DNA from: Hyphomicrobiaceae bacterium
Lineage (GTDB): Bacteria; Pseudomonadota; Alphaproteobacteria; Rhizobiales; Hyphomicrobiaceae
Length of the DNA: 64,000 nt
NCBI GenBank assembly: GCA_031403155.1
Contig: JANNSX010000468.1
Span: 2,185-66,184 of the forward strand
Direction: 5' to 3'
Positions 1 through 9,579 of this stretch are shown piece by piece; the first letter of the stretch is position 1, and each line of letters begins with the position of its first letter. The notes under the pieces are model-generated. The model had not been told where the DNA came from, did no database searches, and saw only the letters and a list, made by a program, of their open reading frames with translations. Position numbers and translations under genes: made by a program.

Positions 1-2
1 GC

Positions 3-1214
3 TCCTACCGCATCTTCGGCACGAAGATCTTCATCTCGTACGGCGAGCACGAGATGACGGAGAACATCATCCATCTCGTGCTCGCGAAATTGCCCGATGC
101 GCCGCAAGGCACGCGCGGCATCTCGCTCTTCGTGGTGCCGAAGTATCTGCTCGATGCCGACGGCAAGCCCGGCACACGCAACGATCTCAGATGTACGGGC
201 CTCGAGAGCAAGCTCGGCATCCACGGCTCACCCACTTGCGTCATGACCTATGGCGAGAAGGACGGCGCCGTCGGCTATCTCGTTGGAGAGCCTAATCGCG
301 GGCTCAACGCCATGTTCATCATGATGAACCGGGCGCGGCTTGCGGTCGGTGTACAAGGCGTCGCGGTCGCCGAGCGGGCGCTGCAGAAGGCGGTCGCCTA
401 TGCGCAGGAGCGGCGGCAAGGACGCGCGGAAGGCGCAGCCGATGGGGCAAGCTCTCCCATCGTCCAGCATCCCGACGTGAAACGCATGCTGCTCACCATG
501 CGGGCATTGACCCAGGCGTCCCGCATGATCTGCCTTGCGACCGCTGCCGAGATCGATCGTTCGGAGCGATTACCCGACCCGGCGGCTCGTATGCGCGCCA
601 CCAATCGTGCCGCGCTGCTGACGCCGGTCGCCAAATCCTTCGCGACCGACAACGGCGTCGAGGTTGCTTCGCTGGGCATCCAGGTGCATGGCGGCATGGG
701 CTTCATCGAGACGACGGGCGCGGCGCAGCACTATCGCGACGCGCGCATCCTGCCGATCTACGAGGGCACCAACGGCGTGCAGGCGATCGACCTCGTCATG
801 CGCAAGCTGCCGCTCGAAGCCGGCGCTGTCGTCAAAGGCTATCTCGGCGAGCTCACCGAGGTAGTCCGCGCGGTGCAGGGCTCGAACGCGGCCGAGCTCG
901 GGTCAACCGGCGAGGTGCTAGGGGACGCCGTCAAAGCGCTTGGCGAAGCGACCAAGTGGATTGGCGCGGCGCTCCAGCAGGGCCGGCGCGAGGAAGTGCT
1001 GGCCATCGCCACGCCCTATCAGCGGCTGTTTGGCATCGCGGCCGGCGGCTGCTATCTCGCGAAGGCGGCGCTGGCCGGTGAGGGCGATGCTCGGCACGTC
1101 GATCGCATGCGGCTCGCCCGCTTCTTCGCCGAGACCATCGCGGTCGGTGCGCCGGGCTTATCGCGCGCTGTCACCGGCGGGGCGGGCGCGGTGCTCGCGG
1201 CGGAGGTGGCGTGA
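3..1214 (+). CDS. acyl-CoA dehydrogenase, C-terminal part (5' end outside window)
   Basis: The frame is open from the window edge. The translation YRIFGTKIFISYGEHEMTENIIHLVLAK...HGGMGFIETTGAAQHYRDARILPIYEGTNGVQAIDL matches long-type acyl-CoA dehydrogenase motifs (YRDARI.IYEGTN). Confidence 0.85.
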   Translation, partial: SYRIFGTKIFISYGEHEMTENIIHLVLAKLPDAPQGTRGISLFVVPKYLLDADGKPGTRNDLRCTGLESKLGIHGSPTCVMTYGEKDGAVGYLVGEPNRGLNAMFIMMNRARLAVGVQGVAVAERALQKAVAYAQERRQGRAEGAADGASSPIVQHPDVKRMLLTMRALTQASRMICLATAAEIDRSERLPDPAARMRATNRAALLTPVAKSFATDNGVEVASLGIQVHGGMGFIETTGAAQHYRDARILPIYEGTNGVQAIDLVMRKLPLEAGAVVKGYLGELTEVVRAVQGSNAAELGSTGEVLGDAVKALGEATKWIGAALQQGRREEVLAIATPYQRLFGIAAGGCYLAKAALAGEGDARHVDRMRLARFFAETIAVGAPGLSRAVTGGAGAVLAAEVA

Positions 1215-1263
1215 AACGAACGCTAATGTCCGCCACGTCTGACCCACACGGTCGCCGCACTGA

Positions 1264-1350
1264 TTCCTCCCCCTTTTTATGGGGGAGGACCGCGCGCCTT
1301 GGACTTAGGCGCACAGCGTGTAAGTCCTTAGGCGCGCCTAGGTGGGGGTG
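1264..1350 (+). repeat. about 85-bp double-hairpin intergenic repeat, copy A (family R1)
   Basis: ttcctccccctttttatgggggagga...ccttag...taggtgggggtg. Related copies lie at 1504-1585 (inverted) and 29835-29916. Confidence 0.85.
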
Positions 1351-1503
1351 TTCGTGCCACGGCGCGAAATGCCGTCAGTCGATGGACCCTCGCGCAAGGG
1401 AGCGACAAGCTTATGGGCGACGCCCTGCAAGCTAAGCTGCAGCGAAGCATGCGAGGGTGTGTCAGACATCAAAATGGGGACTGTATCGAGTTTGCAGCAC
1501 GAG

Positions 1504-1585
1504 CACCCCCACCTATGTTCGCCCAAGGGTTTAGCTTGCGCTAAACCCAAGGCGAACAGTCCTCCCCCATAAAAAGGGGGAGGAA
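1504..1585 (-). repeat. family R1 repeat, copy B (inverted relative to copy A)
   Basis: The reverse complement reads ttcctccccctttttatgggggaggactgttcgccttgggtttagcgcaagctaaacccttgggcgaacataggtgggggtg. This closely resembles the copy at 29835-29916. Confidence 0.85.
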
Positions 1586-1627
1586 AAGTAGTGACGACGC
1601 AGCAGACCATGTGAGGCATCTATCATA

Positions 1628-2452
1628 TTAGTCGCGCACCGCCTTGATCGAGAACGAGAGCGGGAACGACACCATGCCGTCCGGCAGGCGAAAGAGCTTG
1701 CCGCCTGCCGGCACCATCATCGGGAAGAGCTGCCACGGCAACAGCTCGTGCTCGTGCAGGAACTCGATACGCAGGCCTTCAGCGATGAGCGCTCCAACAA
1801 TGTCCGACAGCGGATGCATCCACTCACTTGTGCGGCGGTTGACGAGCGGCGTCGTAGCCCCTGTGTAGGTCGTTGGCGTGTCGGAATTGATCGGCTGATC
1901 GGGGGGCGTCCGCCAGGCGTAGTTAGGGACGAGCCGGCCCTCGACCTCCTCGAAGACGAGTGTGACGGGATGCGCCTCAGCCATGTAGAGGAAGCCGCCG
2001 GGCGCCAGCAGGCTCGAGGCGACCCCGGCCCACTTGCGGATATCGGGCAGCCAGTTGATGGCGCCCCAGGTCGAGTAGACGATGTCGAAGGAGCCGGGGA
2101 GCAGGCGCCGCGCGTCGTAGACATTGCCCTCGACGAAATGCGCTGGGATGGCAAGTTCGGCCGCGAGCTTGCGTGCGCCCTCGAGCGCAGCCGCCGAGAA
2201 ATCGAGCCCCGTCACGTCCGCGCCGAGCCGGGCGAGCGAGAGTGTGTCGAGACCGATATGGCATTGCAGATGCGCGAGGCGCTTGCCCGTCACGTCACCG
2301 ATTTCGCCGGCCTCGATGGCATGCAGCGACGACTTGCCGGCGCGAAACTCCGCGATCTCATAGAATCCCGTCGCGTCCTCGAGATGGATCGCCGCGCGCT
2401 CGTTCCAATTGGCCTTGTTGAGCTGAAGATAGCCGGCTGTGACGTCGGACAT
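1628..2452 (-). CDS. class I SAM-dependent methyltransferase
   Basis: Motif LAHLQCHIGLDTLSLARLGADVTGLDFS. I chose the ATG at 2452 because GGAGGA lies 8 nt upstream; the ORF track extends to 2503. Confidence 0.75.
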   Translation of the reverse strand: MSDVTAGYLQLNKANWNERAAIHLEDATGFYEIAEFRAGKSSLHAIEAGEIGDVTGKRLAHLQCHIGLDTLSLARLGADVTGLDFSAAALEGARKLAAELAIPAHFVEGNVYDARRLLPGSFDIVYSTWGAINWLPDIRKWAGVASSLLAPGGFLYMAEAHPVTLVFEEVEGRLVPNYAWRTPPDQPINSDTPTTYTGATTPLVNRRTSEWMHPLSDIVGALIAEGLRIEFLHEHELLPWQLFPMMVPAGGKLFRLPDGMVSFPLSFSIKAVRD

Positions 2453-2679
2453 GACCCTTTTCCTCCGCGGGGCGACGGCTGCAAAATTAGGCGCGACCGG
2501 CAAATTGGTCGAGTGAGCTCGGGACGACCTCGTGTCGAGGCGTGCGGGGCGCCGTCGGAAAGCCCCATCTGGAGACGTTGCAGGGCGGCGGGCTTTGCCC
2601 TAGACATCAGGTGCGGCCCCGAGAACCGCAAACAACGGAACTTCGCGGACTTCAATTTGGGACCTAAGGGAGGAACCCT

Positions 2680-3747
2680 TTGATTAATCGTAGAATTATG
2701 CTTCTGGCTGGTGCTGGCGCAATGGCGCTGGGCCTGGCCACCCCGAGTTTTGCGGGAGACAAGGGCCTGGTTGGCATCTCCATGCCGACGAAGTCGTCGA
2801 CGCGCTGGATTTCGGACGGCGAGAGCATGGTGCAGGAGTTCACCGCGCTCGGCTACGACACCGACCTGCAGTATGGCGAGGACGACATCCCCAACCAGCT
2901 CGCCCAGATCGAGAACATGGTGACGAAGGGCGCCAAGGTGCTCATCATCGCCGCCATCGACGGCTCGACGCTGTCGGACATCCTCAAGAAAGCCCACGAG
3001 GCGAAGGCCCAAGTGTTCGCCTATGACCGCCTCATCACCAAGACCGGCGATGTCGACTACTACACGACCTTCGACAATTTCGGCGTCGGCGTGCTGCAGG
3101 CGAACTCGCTGGTGAAGGGTTTGAAGGAGCGGTTCGCGAGCGTGAAGCCCTGGAACGTCGAGCTGTTCGGCGGCTCGCCCGACGACACCAACGCCTTCTA
3201 CTTCTACGATGGCGCCATGTCGGTCCTTCAACCCATGATCGATGCCGGCGAGATCGTCATCCCGTCCGGCCAGATGGGCATGGACAAGGTCGGTACGCTC
3301 CGCTGGGACGGCGCGGTCGCCCAGGCCCGCATGGATAACCTGCTGTCGGCCAACTACACCGACAAGAAGGTGAATGGCGTGCTTGCGCCCTACGACGGGC
3401 TCTCGCGCGGTATCATCTCGTCTCTGAAGGGCGTCGGTTACGCACCAGGCGCCGAGATGCCGATCGTCACCGGGCAGGACGCCGAGGTGGCATCGGTCAA
3501 GAGCATGCAGGCCGGCGAGCAGTACTCGACGGTGTTCAAGGACACGCGTGAACTCGCCAAGCAGACCGCCAAGATGGTCGATGCGGTGATGTCGGGCGGC
3601 AAGCCCGAGATCAACGACGAGAAGACCTACAACAACGAGGTCAAGATCGTGCCGTCCTATCTGCTGACGCCCCATGACGTCGGTAAGGACGACATCCAGA
3701 AGATGCTGATCGACTCCGGCTACATCAAAGCCGAGGAGCTGCAGTAA
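2680..3747 (+). CDS. chvE: multiple-sugar ABC transporter periplasmic binding protein ChvE
   Basis: Strong similarity, recalled from memory, to Agrobacterium ChvE ([13 protein letters not shown]...[27 protein letters not shown]...[21 protein letters not shown]). It has a signal peptide. TTG at 2680 follows GGGAGGA; ATG at 2698 is an alternative start. Confidence 0.9.
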   Translation: MINRRIMLLAGAGAMALGLATPSFAGDKGLVGISMPTKSSTRWISDGESMVQEFTALGYDTDLQYGEDDIPNQLAQIENMVTKGAKVLIIAAIDGSTLSDILKKAHEAKAQVFAYDRLITKTGDVDYYTTFDNFGVGVLQANSLVKGLKERFASVKPWNVELFGGSPDDTNAFYFYDGAMSVLQPMIDAGEIVIPSGQMGMDKVGTLRWDGAVAQARMDNLLSANYTDKKVNGVLAPYDGLSRGIISSLKGVGYAPGAEMPIVTGQDAEVASVKSMQAGEQYSTVFKDTRELAKQTAKMVDAVMSGGKPEINDEKTYNNEVKIVPSYLLTPHDVGKDDIQKMLIDSGYIKAEELQ

Positions 3748-3755
3748 GACGTCCG

Positions 3756-3787
3756 GCGCGGGTCTGGCCCTTGGGCTCGACCCGCGC
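3756..3787 (+). terminator. stem-loop between chvE and gguA (possible attenuator or mRNA-stabilising hairpin)
   Basis: gcgcgggtc (3756-3764) pairs perfectly with gacccgcgc (3779-3787). There is no clear U-tract. Confidence 0.35.
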
Positions 3788-3828
3788 TGCTTGTGATTGC
3801 AGGACGCATCTCGAGGCGGAGGGCCTGG

Positions 3829-5364
3829 ATGGGCGCCGAGCCGATCCTCGAAATGACGAGCATCACCAAGACGTTCCCGGGCGTCAAAGCGCTCACGAAC
3901 GTCAATTTGTCTGTGATGCCGGCCGAGATTCACGCCGTCGTCGGCGAGAACGGCGCTGGCAAGTCGACGCTCATGAAGGTTCTGTCCGGCGTCTACCCTG
4001 CCGGCACCTATGATGGCACGATCCGCTACGACGGCAAGCAGCGGCACTTCACCGGCATCGCCGACAGCGAGGCGACCGGCATCATCATCATCCACCAGGA
4101 GCTGGCTCTGGTGCCGCTCCTCTCGATCGCCGAGAACATCTTCCTCGGCCATGAGACCGCGAGGTTCGGCGTCATCAACTGGCACGAGGCCCACGCCAGA
4201 ACCAACGTGCTGCTGAAAAAAGTCGGCCTCGTCGAGAACCCGCATACCCTCATCACCAATCTGGGCACCGGCAAGCAGCAGCTCGTCGAGATCGCCAAGG
4301 CGCTGAACAAGAGCGTGAAGCTCCTCATCCTCGACGAGCCGACCTCGAGCCTCAACGAGAAGGATTCCGACGCGCTGCTGGCGCTCCTCAAAGAATTTCG
4401 CACGCAGGGCATCTCCTCGATCCTCATCACCCACAAGCTCAACGAGGTTTTGAAGGTCGCCGACCGCATCACCGTGCTGCGCGACGGCATGACCGTCGAC
4501 ACGCTCGACACCTCCACGGCGCGCGTCTCGGAGGACCGCATCATCAAGGCGATGGTTGGGCGCGAGCTCACCGACCGCTTCCCGCCGCGCGATGCAAAAA
4601 TCGGCGATGTGAAGCTCGAGGTGCGCGACTGGAACGTCTATCACCCGCAGCATGCCGACCGGCAGGTGATCAAGAACCTCTCTCTTTCAGTGCGCGCTGG
4701 TGAGGTGGTGGGCATTGCCGGCCTCATGGGGGCGGGCCGCACCGAGCTTGCCATGTCGCTGTTCGGGCGCGCCTACGGGCAGAAGATCACGGGCGAGGTC
4801 CGGGTCGATGGCAAAGTGGTGGATGTCTCGAGCATACCGAAGGCGCAGAAGGCAGGCCTCGCCTATGTCACTGAGGACCGCAAGACCTTCGGCCTCGTCC
4901 TCATCGATCACATCAAACACAACGTCACACTCGCCAACCTGCCCGCCGTCTCCAATGCGTCCGTGATCGACGATCCAGCCGAGCTCGCTGTTGCGCAAAA
5001 GTATCGCAAGGATCTCGGCATCCGCTGCTCGTCCGTGTTCCAGACGACGGTCAATCTCTCAGGCGGCAACCAGCAGAAAGTCGTGCTCTCGAAGTGGCTG
5101 TTCTCCGGCCCCGAGGTGCTGATCCTCGACGAGCCGACGCGCGGCATCGACGTCGGCGCGAAGTACGAGATCTACGGCATCATCAACGCGCTCGCCGAAT
5201 CGGGGAAGGCCGTCATTGTCATCTCCTCGGAAATGCCGGAGCTGCTCGGCATCTCGGATCGCATCTACGTCATGAACGAGGGCCGCTTCGTCGCCGAGAT
5301 GCCGGCCAGGTCGGCGACGCAGGAAGCCATCATGCGCGCCATCATGAAAAGCTGGGAAAACTGA
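3829..5364 (+). CDS. gguA: sugar ABC transporter ATP-binding protein, duplicated ATPase (GguA)
   Basis: Two ABC cassettes are present (GENGAGKST; LSGGNQQK; LILDEPT twice), and the gene sits directly downstream of chvE. I chose the ATG at 3829 ([16 protein letters not shown]). Confidence 0.9.
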   Translation: MGAEPILEMTSITKTFPGVKALTNVNLSVMPAEIHAVVGENGAGKSTLMKVLSGVYPAGTYDGTIRYDGKQRHFTGIADSEATGIIIIHQELALVPLLSIAENIFLGHETARFGVINWHEAHARTNVLLKKVGLVENPHTLITNLGTGKQQLVEIAKALNKSVKLLILDEPTSSLNEKDSDALLALLKEFRTQGISSILITHKLNEVLKVADRITVLRDGMTVDTLDTSTARVSEDRIIKAMVGRELTDRFPPRDAKIGDVKLEVRDWNVYHPQHADRQVIKNLSLSVRAGEVVGIAGLMGAGRTELAMSLFGRAYGQKITGEVRVDGKVVDVSSIPKAQKAGLAYVTEDRKTFGLVLIDHIKHNVTLANLPAVSNASVIDDPAELAVAQKYRKDLGIRCSSVFQTTVNLSGGNQQKVVLSKWLFSGPEVLILDEPTRGIDVGAKYEIYGIINALAESGKAVIVISSEMPELLGISDRIYVMNEGRFVAEMPARSATQEAIMRAIMKSWEN

Positions 5365-5365
5365 C

Positions 5366-6658
5366 ATGACCGACGCCGTCGCGCCCACACCCACGACCTC
5401 CGTCATGACGTTCGTCAAGGCGAACATCCGCGACTATGCATTGCTGCTCTCGCTCATCACCATCATGGTGTTCTTCCAGATGGCGACCTCGACGGCATTG
5501 CGACAGCAGACGTTCGCCGATGCCCTAATGCTTGTTCTGACGAGCCCGATCGAGGTGTTCCGGAACGGCATTCTCTTCACGCCACTCAACATGACGAACA
5601 TCATCCTGCAGAACAGCTACATCGTCATCATGGCGCTGGGGATGTTGCTCATCATCGTCGCCGGCCACATCGATCTGTCGGTCGGCTTTCTCTCCGGGCT
5701 GATCGGCGCCATCGCCGGCGTGCTGATGGTGACAAATCCGTTCTGGCCGGTCGAGTGGAAGCTCGGGACGTTTCCGACCATCGGCATCTGTCTCCTGGTC
5801 GGAGCCGCGATCGGCGCGCTGCAAGGCATGTTCGTCGCGCGCTTCCTGATTCCGGCCTTCATCGTGACGCTCGCCGGCATGCTCATCTATCGTGGCCTGA
5901 TGATCTTCATGCTCAGCGGCCGCAATCTCGGGCCCTTCCCGGATTCCTTCCAGGCGATCTCCAGCGGTTATGTGCCCGATCTTCTGGCATTCATGGCGCC
6001 GCCCGGCATCAACCTGCTGGCGATCGTCGCCGGCGCTGTCGTGACCGCCCTGATCCTCCTGTCGAACTGGCGAGGGCGAAGAATCGAGCATGCGCATGGC
6101 ATGGCGGACGAGCCGATCACACTGTTCTATGCCCGCAATGGGCTGATCGCTGTCGCCATCCTCGGCTTCTCGTGGATCATGTCGAACCACAAGGGCCTGC
6201 CGAACGTGCTCGTCACCATGTTCGCGCTGGTGGCGCTCTTCATGTTCGTGACAACGCGGACGACCTTTGGCCGGCGCGTCTACGCCATCGGCGGCAACGC
6301 CAAGGCGGCCAAGCTCTCCGGCATCAACACCGAGCGCGTGACGATCATGATCTTTGCCATCATGGGAGCGCTGGCGGCTTTCGCCGGACTCGTTTACGCG
6401 GCGCGACTGAACTCCGCCCAGCCGAAAGCCGGCGCCGGTCTCGAGCTCGACGTGATCGCCGCCTGCTTCATCGGCGGCGCGGCAGTGACGGGCGGCGTCG
6501 GCAAGATCACCGGCGTCGTCATCGGCGCCTTCATCATGGGCGTGATGAACAACGGCATGGGCATCATGGGCGTCGGCATCGACTGGCAGCAGGTCATCAA
6601 GGGTGCCGTGCTGATGCTCGCCGTGTTCCTGGACGTTTACTACAAGAACAAGAGCTGA
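5366..6658 (+). CDS. gguB: sugar ABC transporter permease (GguB)
   Basis: Polytopic membrane protein that starts 2 nt after the gguA stop. It has the branched-chain/ribose-type permease signature (GRRVYAIGGNAKAAKLSGIN). Confidence 0.88.
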   Translation: MTDAVAPTPTTSVMTFVKANIRDYALLLSLITIMVFFQMATSTALRQQTFADALMLVLTSPIEVFRNGILFTPLNMTNIILQNSYIVIMALGMLLIIVAGHIDLSVGFLSGLIGAIAGVLMVTNPFWPVEWKLGTFPTIGICLLVGAAIGALQGMFVARFLIPAFIVTLAGMLIYRGLMIFMLSGRNLGPFPDSFQAISSGYVPDLLAFMAPPGINLLAIVAGAVVTALILLSNWRGRRIEHAHGMADEPITLFYARNGLIAVAILGFSWIMSNHKGLPNVLVTMFALVALFMFVTTRTTFGRRVYAIGGNAKAAKLSGINTERVTIMIFAIMGALAAFAGLVYAARLNSAQPKAGAGLELDVIAACFIGGAAVTGGVGKITGVVIGAFIMGVMNNGMGIMGVGIDWQQVIKGAVLMLAVFLDVYYKNKS

Positions 6659-6745
6659 GCTTTCGCTTCCGACCATGACGGCTGTCATATGGCCGGGCAC
6701 GTCCGCCGGCCCTACACTCCAAGCTCACATTCGAGGAGCCTGCCC

Positions 6746-7560
6746 ATGTCGCTCGGCGACCCTATCGTCATCGGTATCGATGCCGGCGGCATCATGACGG
6801 ACACGATCCTGGTTGACGCCCAGGGCCGCTTCAAGATCGGCAAGGCCGCGACCACGCCGCACGATGAGAGCGAGGGCTTCATCGCCTCGGCCGAGGATGC
6901 GGCCGACGCCTGGGGCCTCTCGCTCGACAAGCTCTTCTCCGGCGTCGACGTGGTGCTCTACTCGGGCACCGGCATGCTCAACACGCTGCTCTCGCGCACC
7001 GGCCGCCGGCTCGGGCTCATCGCGACCAAGGGCGTCGAGGACATGATCCTCATGGGCCGCGGCCTCCAGGCCTGGGCCGATTACGCCTACGCCGATCGGC
7101 TCCACGCCGTGACGCACCACCACCCGGACCCGCTCGTCAACGACGGCGCACGCATGGCGTCACCGAGCGCGTCGACCAGTTCGGCGATGTGGTGATCCCG
7201 CTCTACGAGCACGAGGCGCGCGCGGCGGCGAAGGCGCTGTTGAAGGACAAGGTCGAGGCGATCTGCATCTGCCTCCTCTTCTCGCATGTGAACCCGGCAC
7301 ATGAGCGCCGCGTTGCCGAGATCGTGCGCGAGGAGGCGAAAAAGGCGAAGGCCGACGTGCTCGTCTACACGAGCCACGAAGTGCGCCCGGTGGTGCGTGA
7401 GCAGTCACGGCTCAACAGTGTTTTGATCGAAGCTTATGCGACCTCGCGCGGCCGCAAACAGCTCAAGGGCATCGAGGACATCTCCAAGAAGCACGGCTTC
7501 AAGTATCGCGTGCAGACGCTGCTGTCCTTCGGCGGGCTGACCTCCATCGACCATCCGCGC
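6746..7560 (+). pseudogene. hydantoinase/oxoprolinase-family (acetone-carboxylase-beta-like) N-terminal fragment, frameshifted and truncated
   Basis: GIDAGGIMTDTILVD...YSGTGMLNTLL...YAYADRLHAVTHHHPDPLV is followed by a frame change near 7137-7150. The sequence continues in another frame (GVTERVDQFGDVVIPLYEHE...LLSFGGLTSIDHPRL) and similarity ends near 7560, about 270 of an expected 700 residues. Confidence 0.75.
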
Positions 7561-7562
7561 CT

Positions 7563-7891
7563 GCCCGGCCTATTGTGCGTCGAAGGCGGGGCTGCTCGGG
7601 CTGACGCGGTGCGTCGCGCTCGAAGGCGCTCCGCACGGTGTCACGGCCGTGATGATCAGCCCGACCTGGGTCGAGACGGAATTGATGCGCCGCAACGTCG
7701 CCCAGGTCGTGGCGCGCGAGGGCAAGGGGCGAACGCTCGAGGACGCGATGGCCGAGATCGCGCGTCAGAACCCGCAACAGCGCATCATCCAGCCCGACGA
7801 GATCGCGGCGCTCGCGGTGTTTCTGTGCAGCGAAGGCGCCAAGGGCCTCACCATGGAGAACATCCAGGTGACGGGCGGGGCGCTGTGGTAG
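7563..7891 (+). pseudogene. short-chain dehydrogenase/reductase C-terminal fragment (N-terminal half missing)
   Basis: The frame reads AYCASKAGLLGLTRCVALEGAPHGVTAVMISPTWVETEL...ENIQVTGGALW, which is the YxxxK catalytic motif onward. No Rossmann N-terminus lies upstream. Confidence 0.7.
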
Positions 7892-7904
7892 ACGAAAGGC
7901 TCGC

Positions 7905-8390
7905 TCAGCCGAGCTTCGACTTCAGCTCAGCGATCGAGTTGTCGACGAGCCCACCAGCCTTGGCACCATCGAGCTTCGTGCCGAGCAGTCGCGCGGCGGC
8001 GGAAACGGCGGCCTCGACGGCGGCGGCGCGGACATCGGCCGTGGCCTGCGCTTCGGCGCGGGCAATCTTGTCCTCGGCGAGCTTCGTGCGGCGCTCGAGG
8101 CTTTCCTTGAGGCCAGCCCTTGTCTCGGCGGCGAGCGCCGTTGCCTCGGCCTTGGCCTGAGCGATGATGGCCTCGGCATCGCCTGCAGCGGCCTTGCGGC
8201 GCTTCTCATAGTCGGCGAGCAGCTTCTCGGCCTCGTCCTTGAGCTTGCGCGCGTCCTCGAGTTCCTTGCGGATACCGTCGGCCCGCGCATCGAGCGCCTT
8301 GCCGATCATGGCCGGAACGCCCTTCCAAATGATCAGCGCGAAGAAGGCGACGAAGGAGAGGGCGACCCAGAATTCGGCGGTCTGCAACAT
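7905..8390 (-). CDS. atpF: F0F1 ATP synthase subunit b
   Basis: MLQTAEFWVALSFVAFFALIIWKGVP followed by a long charged helix; last gene of the atpI-B-E-F'-F cluster. I chose the start at 8390; the ORF-track extension to 8453 translates the repeat element. Confidence 0.88.
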   Translation of the reverse strand: MLQTAEFWVALSFVAFFALIIWKGVPAMIGKALDARADGIRKELEDARKLKDEAEKLLADYEKRRKAAAGDAEAIIAQAKAEATALAAETRAGLKESLERRTKLAEDKIARAEAQATADVRAAAVEAAVSAAARLLGTKLDGAKAGGLVDNSIAELKSKLG

Positions 8391-8402
8391 GAAAGTGTTC
8401 CT

Positions 8403-8515
8403 AAAGTGCTTCCGGAAAAGCGCGAAGCGGTTTTCCGATAAGAAGCACGACAAACCAACAATGTGCTTCCGGAAAAGTGCGAAGCGGTTTTCCGATAAGA
8501 AGCACGAAAACCAAG
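8403..8515. repeat. two tandem copies (57-bp period) of hairpin repeat family R2, inside the atp operon
   Basis: gtgcttccggaaaag(c/t)gcgaagcggttttccgataagaagcac occurs at 8406-8448 and 8463-8505. Arms gtgcttc/gaagcac and cggaaaa/ttttccg are inverted repeats. The same family recurs at 63715-63842. Confidence 0.9.
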
Positions 8516-8518
8516 TGT

Positions 8519-9202
8519 CTAGTTCAGGACCGAGCGGACGGCGCTGGCGACATCACCCCGGTCGGGTTTCAGCCCGACGAGCGCATTGACAATCGCCTCG
8601 GCCGTGTCGGTTGCGATGTCGTTGACCTTGCCCATGGCCGATGCAGTCGCCGACTTGATCTGGGCTTCCGCCTTGGCGATGCGCTCGCCGATCTCCCTGT
8701 CGACGCGCGTGCGCTCGGCATCGACTTCGGACTTTAGCTTGTCGCGGGTCGCTTGTGCGATCTGCGAGGCGTTGCCACGCGCCTCGGCCACCGCCTGCTC
8801 GTAGGCCTTGAGTGCCTTTTCGGTCTCGCCCTTCAAGCGCTCGGCCTCGTCGAGGTCGCGGCGGATGCGCAGCTTTCGCTCGTCGATCACCGCACCGATC
8901 TTGGGCAGCGCCACGCGCGACATCATCAGATAGAGCGCGCCGAAGGCGATCGCGAACCAGATGAGCTGCGAGGCAAAGGTCGTCGGGTCGAGCGGCGGGA
9001 AGACCTTCTTCTTGTGCTCGGCCTCCGGGGCAACGCCGACGGTCTCGGTCAGCACCTCGACCGTGGTGGCGACTTGCGTACCGGCGGTCGCCTTGGATGC
9101 CGTCGTGGCCGTAGTCGTCGCGGCGGTGGCTATCGTCGTGGACGATCCGCTCGACTCGGTCTGAGCCAGGATGATGGTGTCGCCTGCAGCCTGATCCGTC
9201 AT
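8519..9202 (-). CDS. atpF2: F0F1 ATP synthase subunit b' with an S/T-rich N-terminal extension
   Basis: FPPLDPTTFASQLIWFAIAFGALYLMMSRVALPKIGAVIDER is the typical b' core. The start at 9202 is uncertain because the first ~60 residues are low complexity. Confidence 0.8.
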   Translation of the reverse strand: MTDQAAGDTIILAQTESSGSSTTIATAATTTATTASKATAGTQVATTVEVLTETVGVAPEAEHKKKVFPPLDPTTFASQLIWFAIAFGALYLMMSRVALPKIGAVIDERKLRIRRDLDEAERLKGETEKALKAYEQAVAEARGNASQIAQATRDKLKSEVDAERTRVDREIGERIAKAEAQIKSATASAMGKVNDIATDTAEAIVNALVGLKPDRGDVASAVRSVLN

Positions 9203-9292
9203 GATGGGGTCCCGGCGTCAACGAGAGGTGAAGCGCGCGCCGTCGCGTAGGACGGCAGGGCGCGCGCCAACGATCTTAAGTCGTCGCGGCGA

Positions 9293-9520
9293 TCAGACCG
9301 CGAAGAGCAGCATGAAGGCGATGACGAGCGCGAAAATGCCAAGCGCTTCCGTCACGGCGAAGCCGAAGATCAGGTTGCCGAACTGGCCCTGGGCGGCGGA
9401 GGGATTGCGGAGCGCGCCGGACAGATACTGGCCGAACAGCGAGCCCACGCCGATACCGGCGGCGCCGGCACCGATGGCTGCTAGTCCTGCGCCGACGAGC
9501 TTTGCGGCTTCAGCTTCCAT
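9293..9520 (-). CDS. atpE: F0F1 ATP synthase subunit c
   Basis: 75-aa proteolipid: [26 protein letters not shown]...ALRNP...[20 protein letters not shown]. Confidence 0.95.
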   Translation of the reverse strand: MEAEAAKLVGAGLAAIGAGAAGIGVGSLFGQYLSGALRNPSAAQGQFGNLIFGFAVTEALGIFALVIAFMLLFAV

Positions 9521-9579
9521 GATACTTCTCCCGTTTCTCTCAGTCGTTGGTTGATGGAACTTTCGCGAGCGTGCCCCGG

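Noticed and set aside
2290-4653. 787-aa ORF on the minus strand
   Set aside because: It is antisense to the well-supported chvE and gguA genes. The translation is R/G/A/D-rich low complexity, typical of spurious antisense frames in high-GC DNA.
7892-8160. Continuation of ORF 7189-8160 beyond the hydantoinase-like similarity
   Set aside because: After about 7560 the translation becomes R/A/G-rich noise, and from 7905 it is antisense to atpF.
8403-8515. Possible CRISPR array (also considered for 63715-63842)
   Set aside because: There are only two repeat copies per site, the spacers are too short (~14-19 nt), and no cas genes are present. The units are palindromic REP-like elements, and related copies are dispersed.
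8239-8589. 116-aa plus-strand ORF spanning the atpF/atpF' spacer
   Set aside because: It is made up of antisense atpF sequence plus translation of the R2 repeats (FRKSAKRFSDKKHD appears twice). It is not a gene.
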